Below are positions 39,001-48,735 of a stretch of 64,000 bases of DNA, piece after piece. The stretch's first letter is position 1; every line of letters begins with the position of its first letter. Below the pieces are notes generated by a model, which saw only the letters and a program-made list of their open reading frames with translations, was not told the origin of the DNA and made no database searches. The stretch is from an uncultured Acidobacteriota bacterium (GTDB taxonomy: Bacteria; Acidobacteriota; Polarisedimenticolia; J045), in contig CAVPCQ010000006.1 in NCBI GenBank assembly GCA_963702425.1, positions 64,001 to 128,000 on the forward strand, read 5' to 3'. A program made the translations under genes and the position numbers.

Positions 39001-39630
39001 TCAGAAGCTCCGCGAGTAGTTGTAGAGGAACGCGACCTTCCGGCAGTCCCTCACCGGCGCGACGAATCGGATCCGCTTGACCTCCGCTGTCGCCAGTTCG
39101 GCGAGCGCTGCGTCGCCCGTGCTGTTCTCGATCACCTTCGTCGAGACGACCGCCCCGTCGGCGGCGACGTGCGCCTGGATCACGACCCGGCCCCGGCTCG
39201 CGCCGGTCGCGTCGAAAGCGAGCGGCGGCGCGTTCAGGAGCTGCGGCGCGGCGTCGGGGAGGCACGGCTCCTCCTTCCGAGCGTAGCGCGCGCTGATCCA
39301 GCCCTCCCTGCCGCCCGGCAACCCCACGCGGTACCACTCGGACCGTTCCTCGAGCAGTGCCAGCTTCTCGCCCTTTCTCACCTTCCCCACGATCACCGCG
39401 CCGGCCGACGATTCGCTCCGGACGTTGACCGTCGATCCGGTGACCCGCACGAGAGTGGGGGGAGGAGGAGGCGGCGGCTCTGGAACGCGGACCGGCTCCA
39501 CCACTTCGGGCGGCGCGGGAGGCGGCGGTGGCGGGGGAGCGGCCGAGCGGCATCCGGCCGGGACCAGGAGCCCTCCCAGTGCTGCCAGTGCCAGCAGGAG
39601 CGGACGGCCGCGGCCGACGATGCGCGTCAT
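39001..39630 (-). CDS. Lipoprotein with Pro-rich linker, SH3b and TonB C-terminal domains
   Basis: Lipobox PAGC; VNVR...WYRV...GWIS; GRVVIQAHVAADGAV. Confidence 0.8.
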   Translation of the reverse strand: MTRIVGRGRPLLLALAALGGLLVPAGCRSAAPPPPPPPAPPEVVEPVRVPEPPPPPPPTLVRVTGSTVNVRSESSAGAVIVGKVRKGEKLALLEERSEWYRVGLPGGREGWISARYARKEEPCLPDAAPQLLNAPPLAFDATGASRGRVVIQAHVAADGAVVSTKVIENSTGDAALAELATAEVKRIRFVAPVRDCRKVAFLYNYSRSF

Positions 39631-39788
39631 GGGGTCTCCCGGGTGCCGGCGCGTTCCGGGCCGCCGGCGAGGCGGATCGTAGCACCCGGGAGAAGGCGGT
39701 CCGCGACCGCACGCCCCCGCCGGGAGCGGCCCGGCCGAAGGCTCGGGGTGACCGCTGGGGACCGATCGGCGACCATCGGTCGACCCGT

Positions 39789-39815
39789 TGCCACCCTGGA
39801 ACCCCCTCTTTCGTA
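39789..39815 (+). promoter_or_regulatory. Putative ECF-sigma promoter
   Basis: TGCCAC-N17-CGTA upstream of the transporter operon; mirrors the motif at 44309. Confidence 0.45.
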
Positions 39816-39878
39816 TTTCTGGCGACGGCCGGCGGAGGACCGCCCGGCCGGGGCGCGCGGATCCCCGCGGGAGGTCTC

Positions 39879-40997
39879 ATGGGCAAGCTGATCAGGCTCC
39901 TCGTCATCCTGGTCGTGGTCGGGGCCGGCGTCGTCGGCGTGTACGCCTGGCTGCGCGGCAAGGACTCGGCCGGCGACGGGCTGAAGACGGTCGACGTCAC
40001 GACCGGTGCGATCACCGAGAAGGCGATCGCGGTCGGCCAGATCAAGCCGCGGCTGGAGTTCAAGGTGAAGTCGAAGATCCCCGGGATCGTGAAGCGCTGC
40101 TTCGTCGAAGTCGGCGAGCGGGTGCGAGCCGGCGATCCGCTGTTCGAGATCGCTCCCGACCCGACCCCGAGCGAGCTGGTGCAGGTCGAACGCGAGGTCG
40201 AGTCGCGGCGCGCCGCGTTCGCTCGTGCCAAGGCCGACTTCGACCGCCTGAGCCAGCTCCACACCGAGGGGATCGTCGCTCGCGGCGATCTCGACGCGGC
40301 CCGCGAGTCGTTCGACCGCGCGCGGATCGAGCTGGCCCGCGCCGAAGACGGGCTCGCCCTGACCCGCAAGGGGCGGATCGAGGGGCGCGGCAGCGAGATG
40401 GAATCGATCGTCCGCGCGCCCGCAGGCGGGGTCCTGCTCGCGCGGCAGGTCAACCCCGGCGACCCGGTGGTGCCGCTGACCTCGTATCAGCCGGGGACCG
40501 ACATGGCGACCGTGGCCGACATGTCCGACCTGATCTTCCAGGGGACCGTCGACGAGATCGACGTCGGGAAGCTGCAGGCCGGGGTCGAGGCGCGGATCAA
40601 GATCGGCGCCCTCCCCGACAAGCCCGTCACCGGACGGATCAGCCGGATCGCACCGCAGGCCAAGGAAAAGGACGGGGCTCGCCTGTTCGACATCGAGCTC
40701 GAGCTCGATCCCGCGGCGAGCCTCACCCTGCGCGCCGGGTACTCCGCCAACGCCGACCTGGTGATCCGCGAGAAGACCGACATCCTGGTGATCCCCGAGC
40801 GGCTGGTGACCTTCGAGGACGGCGGCAAGAAGGCCTTCGTCGAGGTCCCGGGCGACGCGCCCGGCGCGGACCCGAAGCGGGTCGAGATCACGACCGGACT
40901 GTCGGACGGCCTCAACGTCGAGGTGGTCTCCGGGCTCTCCAAGGGGGACAAGGTGATCCAGCGTCCGCCCAAGGAGATCAGCGGGCTGCCGGGCTAG
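39879..40997 (+). CDS. Periplasmic adaptor (MacA/YknX-like)
   Basis: N-terminal anchor; VKSKIPG..VEVGERV, VRAPAGG, VDEIDVG, TGLSDG. Confidence 0.9.
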   Translation: MGKLIRLLVILVVVGAGVVGVYAWLRGKDSAGDGLKTVDVTTGAITEKAIAVGQIKPRLEFKVKSKIPGIVKRCFVEVGERVRAGDPLFEIAPDPTPSELVQVEREVESRRAAFARAKADFDRLSQLHTEGIVARGDLDAARESFDRARIELARAEDGLALTRKGRIEGRGSEMESIVRAPAGGVLLARQVNPGDPVVPLTSYQPGTDMATVADMSDLIFQGTVDEIDVGKLQAGVEARIKIGALPDKPVTGRISRIAPQAKEKDGARLFDIELELDPAASLTLRAGYSANADLVIREKTDILVIPERLVTFEDGGKKAFVEVPGDAPGADPKRVEITTGLSDGLNVEVVSGLSKGDKVIQRPPKEISGLPG

Positions 40998-41024
40998 GCG
41001 GCGCGCACGGCGGCGGGAGGCGCG

Positions 41025-42251
41025 ATGGGCATGGTCATCGGGATGCGGCAGCTCTGGCGCGACCTCGCCAGCCAGAAGCTGCGGACCTTCCTCACCGCCT
41101 TCGGCATCGTCTGGGGCACCGCGGCGATCAGCCTGCTGCTCGCGTTCGGCGAGGGGTTCCACAAGCAGATCCTGGTGAACTCCGCCGGCCTCGGCGAGAA
41201 CATCGTGATCGCCTTCCCGTCGCTGACCTCGATCCCGTTCGAGGGGCTGGGGAAGGGGCGACGGGTCCTCGTCGGCGAGGAGGACATCGACCTGGTGGAG
41301 CAGCAGGCGCAGGGGCTGGCCGGGATTTCCGGCGAGTACGCCGACACCTTCCGGGTGCTCTACAACGCGCGGACGCTGCCGGTCGACGTCTCCGGCGTCC
41401 GCCCGGTCTTCGGCGAGCTGCGCAACCTGATCCCGCAGGAAGGGGGGCGATTCGTCAACCTCCCCGACGAAGCGGGCCAGCGCCGCGTGATCTTCCTCGG
41501 GAACGAGCTGGCCAAGGAGATGTTCGGCAGCGTCGACCCGGTGGGGAAGACCGTCATGCTGCTCGGCTCGCCCTTCACGGTGATCGGCGTCCTGAAGGAG
41601 AAGACGCAGGACTCGAGCTACAGCGGCCGGGACAAGGACAAGGCCTTCGTCCCGGGCTCCACCTTCCGCGCGCTCACCGGGGCCAAGTACGTCGACAACC
41701 TGATCTTCAAGGCCAGCAGCAGCGGCGCGACGGAGGGGCTGAAGAGCGACGTCATCCGGGTGCTCGCCGGGCGCCACCACTTCGACCCGAAGGACAAGGA
41801 AGCGCTCCAGATGTGGGACACCACCGAGGGCTTCCAGTTCATCGACACCTTCATGCTCGCGTTCCGGGCCTTCCTCGGGATCGTCGGATCGCTGACGCTG
41901 GTCGTCGGCGGGATCGGCGTGTCGAACATCATGAACGTCGTGGTCGAGGAACGGAGCCGCGAAATCGGGATCAAGATGGCGCTCGGGGCCCGCTCGAAGT
42001 CGATCCTGCGGCAGTTCATGGCCGAGACGATGCTGGTCACGCTGGCCTCCGGCGCGGTCGGGCTGCTGGTCGCGGCCGCGATCTGTGCGGTCTTCCCGGA
42101 GGGGTTCCGGGAGTACGTGGGGAAGCCCGAGATCTCGCCGAGCGTGGGCCTGCTGACGGCGGGGCTGCTGGGCCTGATCGGGTTCCTCGCCGGGTACTTC
42201 CCGGCCCGCGACGCGTCGCGCCTCGACCCCGTCGTGGCGATGAAGCTGTAG
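41025..42251 (+). CDS. ABC permease (MacB-like)
   Basis: RTFLTAFGIVWG, GGIGVSNIM, ERSREIGIKMALGA, PARDASRLDP. Confidence 0.92.
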   Translation: MGMVIGMRQLWRDLASQKLRTFLTAFGIVWGTAAISLLLAFGEGFHKQILVNSAGLGENIVIAFPSLTSIPFEGLGKGRRVLVGEEDIDLVEQQAQGLAGISGEYADTFRVLYNARTLPVDVSGVRPVFGELRNLIPQEGGRFVNLPDEAGQRRVIFLGNELAKEMFGSVDPVGKTVMLLGSPFTVIGVLKEKTQDSSYSGRDKDKAFVPGSTFRALTGAKYVDNLIFKASSSGATEGLKSDVIRVLAGRHHFDPKDKEALQMWDTTEGFQFIDTFMLAFRAFLGIVGSLTLVVGGIGVSNIMNVVVEERSREIGIKMALGARSKSILRQFMAETMLVTLASGAVGLLVAAAICAVFPEGFREYVGKPEISPSVGLLTAGLLGLIGFLAGYFPARDASRLDPVVAMKL

Positions 42252-42259
42252 GGGGAGCG

Positions 42260-43510
42260 ATGCGCCTCGGCCTGGTCTTCCAGCTCTTCCTGGCCTCGTC
42301 CCGCGTGCAGAAGAAGCGCGCCGTGCTGACGATCGCGTCGATCGCCTGGGGCTCGGTCGCGCTGCTGCTCCTGCTGGCGTTCGGCGAGGGGCTGAAGCAG
42401 CAGCTCTCGCGCGGCAGCGCCGGGATGGGGACCAACCTGGCGGTGCTCTGGATGGGCGAAACGAGCAAGCCCTGGCAGGGGATGCCCGTCGGGCGGCCGA
42501 TCCGCCCCCGGGTGGACGACGTCAACCTGCTGCGCGAGCGGATCCCCGGCCTCGTCGGAATCGTCGCCGAGCTGCGCAACTGGCGCACCGCCTTCACCTA
42601 CGGCACGAAGACCGTCAACGGCCGCCTGACGGGCTCCTCGCCCGAGTACGGCGAGTTGCGGAACTACTACGCCGAGCCGGGCGGGCGGTTCACGAACGCG
42701 CTGGACGAGGCCGAGAAGCGGCGGGTGATCTTCCTCGGCAACGAGCGCGCCAAGGAGATCTTCGGGGACGAGGACCCGGTGGGGAAGACGCTGCTGGTCA
42801 ACCAGACGCCCTTCACCGTGATCGGCGTGATGAAGCGCAAGATCCAGATGGGGACCTACGGCGGACCGGATGCGGAGAACGCGCTGATCCCGCTCTCGAC
42901 CTTCGTCGCGATGAACGGCTCGGACCGGATCGGGAACATCGTGCTGAAGCCGGAGCAGGCCGCGGAGATGCCCCGGGTGCTGACCGACCTGCGCAAGATC
43001 ATGGGATCCAAGTACGGCTTCGACCCGACCGACGAGAAGGTCTTCCCGACCTGGGACACCGTCGAGACCGGCTCGGTGATGCGCAACATCCTGATCGGGA
43101 TCCAGCTCTTCCTGGGCGTGATCGGGGCCCTGACGCTGATGATCGGCGGCGTCGGCGTGGCGAACATCATGTACGCCACGGTCAAGGAACGGACGCGCGA
43201 GATCGGCGTGAAGATGGCGCTCGGTGCGCGGCCGTCGTGGATCGTCGGGCCGCTGGTGCTCGAGGGTCTGCTCTACACCGTGGTCGGGGGGGCGATCGGC
43301 CTGCTGCTGGGCACGACCCTGATCGTGCTGATCGGGCTGATCCCGACCGCCGGCAACGACGCGCTCGAGTTCCTCGGCAAGCCGACGCTGTCGCCGCTGA
43401 TCGGCGTGGCGACGGCCGGGATCCTCGGGCTGGTCGGTCTCCTGGCGGCCTATTTCCCGGCGCGGCGCGCCGCGTCGGTCGACCCGGCGCAGACGCTGCG
43501 CTACGAGTGA
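42260..43510 (+). CDS. ABC permease (MacB-like), second paralog
   Basis: GGVGVANIM, ERTREIGVKMALGA, PARRAASVDP..LRYE. Confidence 0.92.
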   Translation: MRLGLVFQLFLASSRVQKKRAVLTIASIAWGSVALLLLLAFGEGLKQQLSRGSAGMGTNLAVLWMGETSKPWQGMPVGRPIRPRVDDVNLLRERIPGLVGIVAELRNWRTAFTYGTKTVNGRLTGSSPEYGELRNYYAEPGGRFTNALDEAEKRRVIFLGNERAKEIFGDEDPVGKTLLVNQTPFTVIGVMKRKIQMGTYGGPDAENALIPLSTFVAMNGSDRIGNIVLKPEQAAEMPRVLTDLRKIMGSKYGFDPTDEKVFPTWDTVETGSVMRNILIGIQLFLGVIGALTLMIGGVGVANIMYATVKERTREIGVKMALGARPSWIVGPLVLEGLLYTVVGGAIGLLLGTTLIVLIGLIPTAGNDALEFLGKPTLSPLIGVATAGILGLVGLLAAYFPARRAASVDPAQTLRYE

Positions 43511-43517
43511 GGCCTGG

Positions 43518-44288
43518 ATGAGCAGCTTCCCGCGGCGAAGGAATGGACAGCAGGCGGCGGACGACGGCGTGGTCATCCGCATGGCCGGAATCCGCAAGGT
43601 CTACGACACCGGCAAGGTGAAGGTCGAGGCCCTGCGCGGGATCGACCTGGTCGTGCGGCGCGGCGAGTTCGTGGCCGTGGTCGGCCCGTCGGGCTCGGGG
43701 AAGTCGACGCTGATGAATCTCGTCGGGTGCCTCGACACGCCGACGGAAGGCGAGTACGAGCTGTGCGGCCAGCCGATCGCGTCGCTGTCCCGCGACGGGC
43801 TGGCCGACGCCCGGAACCGGCGGGTCGGCTTCGTCTTCCAGAGCTTCAACCTGCTGCCGCAGATCTCCGCCTTCGAGAACGTCGAGATGCCGCTGCTGTT
43901 CGGCGGGGTCTCGCGCCGCGAGCGGCAGGAGCGGGTCACGGACCTGATGGCGCGCGTCGGGCTGGCCGACCGGATGGACCACAAGCCGACCGAGCTCTCC
44001 GGGGGCCAGATGCAGCGCGTCGCCATCGCCCGGGCGCTGGCGATGGACCCCGACATCGTCCTGGCGGACGAGCCGACCGGGAACCTCGACACCTCCTCGG
44101 GCGGCGACATCATGGGGCTGTTCGAAGAGCTCTGGGGCCAGGGGCGGACCCTGGTGGTGATCACCCACGACAAGGCGCTGGCCCGGCGGGCGGGCCGGAT
44201 CGTGGAGGTGACGGACGGGCTGATCCTGCGGGACGAGCCAACCGGGGCCGCGGACCCGGCCGCGCTCGTGCGGGAAGCCGCAGGGTAG
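43518..44288 (+). CDS. ABC ATP-binding protein (MacB/LolD-like)
   Basis: [26 protein letters not shown]. Confidence 0.93.
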   Translation: MSSFPRRRNGQQAADDGVVIRMAGIRKVYDTGKVKVEALRGIDLVVRRGEFVAVVGPSGSGKSTLMNLVGCLDTPTEGEYELCGQPIASLSRDGLADARNRRVGFVFQSFNLLPQISAFENVEMPLLFGGVSRRERQERVTDLMARVGLADRMDHKPTELSGGQMQRVAIARALAMDPDIVLADEPTGNLDTSSGGDIMGLFEELWGQGRTLVVITHDKALARRAGRIVEVTDGLILRDEPTGAADPAALVREAAG

Positions 44289-44308
44289 TCGGGCGCGAAG
44301 GGGACGGG

Positions 44309-44335
44309 TGCAACCCTTCGGGGGCCCCGGGCGTC
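44309..44335 (+). promoter_or_regulatory. Putative ECF-sigma promoter
   Basis: TGCAAC-N17-CGTC upstream of ATG 44368. Confidence 0.5.
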
Positions 44336-44367
44336 TCACGGATGAGAACCACGGGAGGAAGACGACG

Positions 44368-45288
44368 ATGCGCATCAACCGTTCGATCCTGATCCTGGCC
44401 GGCGTGCTCGCCGGACTGCTGGCTGCGGCGGCCATCGAGGCCTCCGCCGAGACGAAGATCGAGAAGGAGTTCCCGCTCGCCGCCGGCGGTGCCTTCGTGC
44501 TGGAGACGGACGGCGGGGCGGTCTCGGTCCGGGGCGGGGACCGGGCGACGGCCCGGATCGTCATCACCTCGAAGGCCGACGACGTGGAGAGCCTCTACGA
44601 CTTCAAGTACGAGACCACGCCGCAGCAGGTCAAGCTGGTCGTCAAGCGCAAGGGGAGCGCGATCGGCTCCTGGTTCTCGATGGGCCGGAACGACGGGCTG
44701 GGCTTCGAGATCCAGCTGCCGCGCGGCGCGCGATGCGACGTCGGGACCGCGGGCGGACCGATCACCGTGGTCGACATGGCGGCCGGGGTCAACGCCGACA
44801 CCTCCGGCGGTCCGATCGACGTGCAGCGCGTGAAGGGGGCCGTGAAGGCCGACACCTCCGGTGGTCCGATCTCGATCGAGGAGGTCGACGGACCGGTCGT
44901 GGCCGACACCTCCGGCGGCCCGATCCACATCGCCAAGGTCACGGGCGATATCTCGGCCGACACTTCGGGCGGAGGGATCGACATCGTCGACGCCGGTGGG
45001 AAGGTGACCGCCGACACCTCGGGCGGCCCGATCTCGGTCCAGTTCGCCCGCGGGAACGCGAAGGGCGGCTCGCTCGAGACTTCCGGCGGCGGGATCACCA
45101 TCACGGTCGACGCGACCGCCCGGCTGACGATCGACGCCTCGTCGAGCGGCGGCAACGTGACCTGCGACCTGCCGGTGACGGTCGTCGGCGAGCGGGATCG
45201 CTCAGAGCTGAAGGGCGACGCCAACGGCGGCGGCGCGCTCCTGCGCGCGAGCTCCTCCGGCGGCGGGATCCGGATCGTCGCCCGCTGA
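44368..45288 (+). CDS. DUF4097 family beta-strand repeat protein
   Basis: Signal peptide; 18-aa ADTSGG(P/G)I repeats. Confidence 0.88.
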   Translation: MRINRSILILAGVLAGLLAAAAIEASAETKIEKEFPLAAGGAFVLETDGGAVSVRGGDRATARIVITSKADDVESLYDFKYETTPQQVKLVVKRKGSAIGSWFSMGRNDGLGFEIQLPRGARCDVGTAGGPITVVDMAAGVNADTSGGPIDVQRVKGAVKADTSGGPISIEEVDGPVVADTSGGPIHIAKVTGDISADTSGGGIDIVDAGGKVTADTSGGPISVQFARGNAKGGSLETSGGGITITVDATARLTIDASSSGGNVTCDLPVTVVGERDRSELKGDANGGGALLRASSSGGGIRIVAR

Positions 45289-45335
45289 CGGGCGCCCGGA
45301 TCCGAATCGGGTCGCTGGCGCAGGCAAGGGGTTTC

Positions 45336-45408
45336 GTAGGGGCCGGCCTCCGTGCCGGCCCGTATCACTCAAGGCGCCGTTCGGGCCGGCACGGAGGCCG
45401 GCCCCTAC
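45336..45408. repeat. Perfect GTAG-type REP doublet (27-bp inverted repeat, 19-bp spacer)
   Basis: 45336-45362 is identical to 17417-17443; 45382-45408 is its exact reverse complement. Confidence 0.92.
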
Positions 45409-45436
45409 AGGGCATGCCAGTCCGGCGGGCCGCCAA

Positions 45437-45757
45437 CTACCAGATCCCGAGCACGTCCTTGACCTCGTCGGAGGCCATCAGCGCCGGGTTCCAGGGCGGC
45501 TCCCAGACCAGCTCGACCTTGACGTTCTCGACCCCGGGGATCAGCGCCACGACCTCGTGGACGGTCGAGAGGATCATCGGGCCGAAGGGACAGCCGGGGG
45601 AGGTGAGCGTCATCTTGACCGTGACGTCCTTCCCCTCCGCGCCGATCTCGGCGTCGTAGACCAGGCCCAGGTCGACCACGCCGAGCCGCAGCTCGGGGTC
45701 CTGGATCGGCTGGAGCGCCTCGAAGACTCGGTCCCTGGTGACGGCGGTTTCGTTCAT
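45437..45757 (-). CDS. sufT: DUF59/SufT Fe-S assembly factor
   Basis: DPEL..VVDLGLVY, TLTSPGCP, VWEPPW. Confidence 0.9.
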   Translation of the reverse strand: MNETAVTRDRVFEALQPIQDPELRLGVVDLGLVYDAEIGAEGKDVTVKMTLTSPGCPFGPMILSTVHEVVALIPGVENVKVELVWEPPWNPALMASDEVKDVLGIW

Positions 45758-46191
45758 GTCGATTCCACGCGGGACAGCGCCTGTTCGAGCGTCGTCCACG
45801 GAAGGAGCGCGCACTTGATGCGCACCGGGAAATTCTTGACCCCCTCGAGCACCTCGAGGTCGCCCATCTCGACGCCGTCGCCCCGGGCCTGGCCCTGCAT
45901 CATCGCCTTGAACCCGGCGAGCAGGTGCCGCGCGTCCGCGACCGTCCGCCCGCGCAGCGCCTCGGCCAGCAGCGAGCCGGAGGCGACGCTGATCGAGCAG
46001 CCCCGGCTCCGCACCGAGAGATCGCGGATCACCCCCTCCTCGACCTCCAGTTCCAGCGTCAGCTCGTCGCCGCAGAGCGGGTTGAAACCCTCCTCCCGAA
46101 CGTCCGGGTCGGCGAGGGGCTTCGCCCCGCGCGGCGAACGGTAGTGGTCCAGGATCACTTCGCGATACAGGTCGTCGAGCTCAAGCGACAT
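45754..46191 (-). CDS. sufU: SufU sulfur-transfer protein
   Basis: LYREVILDHY, NPLCGD, GCSISVAS, RIKCALLPW. Confidence 0.95.
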   Translation of the reverse strand: MSLELDDLYREVILDHYRSPRGAKPLADPDVREEGFNPLCGDELTLELEVEEGVIRDLSVRSRGCSISVASGSLLAEALRGRTVADARHLLAGFKAMMQGQARGDGVEMGDLEVLEGVKNFPVRIKCALLPWTTLEQALSRVEST

Positions 46192-47473
46192 GTCCCAGGT
46201 ACTCCCGTGCGTGTCGGATCGCCTGCACCAGGAGATCGACCTCGTCGCGCGTATTGTAGATCCCGAAGCTGGCCCGGGCGGTGGCCGGGACGCCCAGCCG
46301 CCGGGCCAGCGGCATCGCGCAGTGGTGGCCGGCGCGCACCGCCACCCCTTGCTGGTCGAGGATCGTCGCCAGGTCGTGCGGATGCACGTCGCGGTCGAAG
46401 AACGAGACCAGCGCGACCCGGTCGGCGGCGGCGGGCGGCCCGTAGACCGTCAGCGAGGGGATCGTCGCCAGCCGCGCGAGCGCGTACTCAGCGAGGCACT
46501 CGGAGTGAACCCGAACCGGCTCCATTCCGACCAGGTCGAGGTACTCGACCGTCGCGCCGAGAGCGACGGCGTCGGCGATGTTCGGCGTGCCGGCCTCGAA
46601 GCGGTGGGGCGGCCGGGCGAAGGTCGAGCCCTCCTTGGTGACGCGGTCGATCATCTCGCCGCCGCCGAGGAACGGCGGCATGGCCTCGGCCAGGGCCTCG
46701 GTGACCACGAGGCAGCCGATCCCGGTCGGCCCGTACATCTTGTGGCCCGAGAAGACCATCGCGTCGCAGTCGAGTTCGCGGAAGCGGACCGGCATCTGCG
46801 GGACCGTCTGGGTCGCGTCGAGCACTGTCAGTACGCCCGGGCTCACGCTGCGCGCCTCGGCGAACAGCTCGGCGACCGGGTTGATCGTCCCGAGCACGTT
46901 GGACGCGTGGATCAGCGAGACGACCTTCGTCCGGGGGGAGAGCAGGCGCCGGAACGCCTCCCGGTCGAGTCGCCCCTCCTCGTCGATCGGCGCCCAGCGC
47001 ACGACGATCCCGCGCTCGGCGGCCAGCATCTGCCAGGGCACGATGTTGCTGTGGTGCTCCATCTCGCTGATCAGCACCTCGTCGCCGGCGGCGAGGTGCG
47101 CGCGGCCCCAGGCGAACGCGACGAGGTTCAGCCCCTCCGTCGCGTTGCGGGTGAAGACCAGCTCCTCGGGGCGGTGGGCGCCGACGAAGGCCGCGATGCG
47201 GCGCCGGGCCTGCTCGTAGAGATCGGTCGCCTCCTCGGCCAGGGTGTGAATGCCGCGGTGCACGTTCGCGTTGTGGCGCTCGTAGAACTCCACCAGCGCG
47301 GCGATCGTGTGGCGGGGTTTCTGCGTCGTGGCGGCGTTGTCGAGGTAGACGATCGGCCGGCCGTGCACCAGCCGTGCGAGCACGGGGAAGTCGGCGCGGA
47401 TGCGCGCCGCATCGAAGTCCTTTCCGCAATCCACCCGGCAGTTGAAGGACGGGAGGGGAAAGCTGATGGACAT
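46181..47473 (-). CDS. sufS: Cysteine desulfurase
   Basis: YLDNAATTQKP, MEHHSN, SGHKM, FEAGTP, RAGHHCA. Confidence 0.96.
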   Translation of the reverse strand: MSISFPLPSFNCRVDCGKDFDAARIRADFPVLARLVHGRPIVYLDNAATTQKPRHTIAALVEFYERHNANVHRGIHTLAEEATDLYEQARRRIAAFVGAHRPEELVFTRNATEGLNLVAFAWGRAHLAAGDEVLISEMEHHSNIVPWQMLAAERGIVVRWAPIDEEGRLDREAFRRLLSPRTKVVSLIHASNVLGTINPVAELFAEARSVSPGVLTVLDATQTVPQMPVRFRELDCDAMVFSGHKMYGPTGIGCLVVTEALAEAMPPFLGGGEMIDRVTKEGSTFARPPHRFEAGTPNIADAVALGATVEYLDLVGMEPVRVHSECLAEYALARLATIPSLTVYGPPAAADRVALVSFFDRDVHPHDLATILDQQGVAVRAGHHCAMPLARRLGVPATARASFGIYNTRDEVDLLVQAIRHAREYLGHVA

Positions 47474-47496
47474 GGACCGCCTCCTTTCCGCGCCAC

Positions 47497-48722
47497 CTAT
47501 CGCGACAGCCGCGCCTCGACCCGGCCGCGCACTTCCTCGCGCACGGCGTCGTCCGGGATGCGCGCGAGAAGCGGCTCGAAGAAGCCGCCGACGATCATCC
47601 GCTCGGCCTCGGGCCGCGCCAGGCCGCGCGCCGCGAGGTAGAAGAGCTGCTCCTCGTCGATCGGGCCGACGGTGGCGCCGTGGCTCGCCTTGACCTCGTC
47701 GGTCAGGATCTCCAGCTCGGGGATCGAGATCGCGTGGGTGGTCTCGTGGAGCAGGAGGTTCCGGTTCTCCTGGTAGGCCTCGGAGTGGACCGCGTCGTGC
47801 GCGATCCGCAGCATTCCGGTGAAGGCCGAGCGGGCCCGGTCCCGGAGCGCGACGCGCAGGTTCAGGCGGCTCGTCGTGTGCGGCGCGAGGTGCTCGAGGA
47901 CGGCGTGGTGGTCGAACTGCTGCCGCCCCGTGCCGAAGACGACCCCCATGAACTCGACGTGCGCCCCCTCGCCGGCCAGCTCGGCGGCGAAGTCGGACTT
48001 GATCGCGGCGCCGCCGAATGCGGTGAAGACGATCTCCATCGCGGCCTGCCGGCCCAGCCGGGCGCGCGCGGTCGTGGTGCCGGATGCTCCGGCGGGCAGG
48101 TCCTGGAGCTGGACCAGCGTCAGCCGGGCGCCGTCGCCGACGACCCACTCGAGCGTGCGGTGCACCAGCGGCGCGTCGGCGGCGTGACCGTCGTCCGCGA
48201 GCTGCTCGTCGATGAAGACCGCCTCGGCCCCCTCGCCGAGCACGCAGAGGGTGCGCGGCACGACGACCCCGTCCCCGGCGTAGCGCCGCAGCCGGACGAT
48301 CGGGCGGCCAGCTTCACGCCGGCCGGGACCTCGAGGTAGAGCCCGCCCGACCAGAGCGCGGCGTTGAGCGCGGTGAAGGGCGAATCGTCCGCGGGGACGA
48401 GTGTTCCGAGCGCCGACCGGACGGTTTCGGGGCGCTCGGCAGCGGCGCGGGAGAGGTCGATCGCGATCACGCCGGCGCGCTCGGCCTCGGGATCGAGCAC
48501 GATCCCCCGGGGATCGAATGCGGCGTGCGCCAGCGCGCGGTCGCCCGGGAGCAGCCTCGCCGGGTCGGTGTAGCGCCAGCGGTGCCGCGCCCGGTCGGGC
48601 AGGGCGGCAGCCTCGAACGCGCCCCACGCCGCGGCGCGCGCCTCGCGCAACCAGGCCGGCTCGCCGGCTGCCAGCTCGTCGATCGTGCGGAGGCCCGGGT
48701 GGGCCAGTGCGTCCTTCGTCAC
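47497..48722 (-). CDS. sufD: Fe-S assembly protein SufD, frameshift near 48305
   Basis: WRYT and ALNAALWSGG in one frame; PELEI..DEVKASHGATVG..LFYL..RG in another. Confidence 0.9.
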
Positions 48723-48735
48723 GGGTCCCTCCGGT

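Noticed and set aside
44790-45030. Regularly spaced GCCGACACCTCCGG repeats resembling CRISPR
   Set aside because: The 54-bp period is the in-frame ADTSGG repeat of the DUF4097 protein
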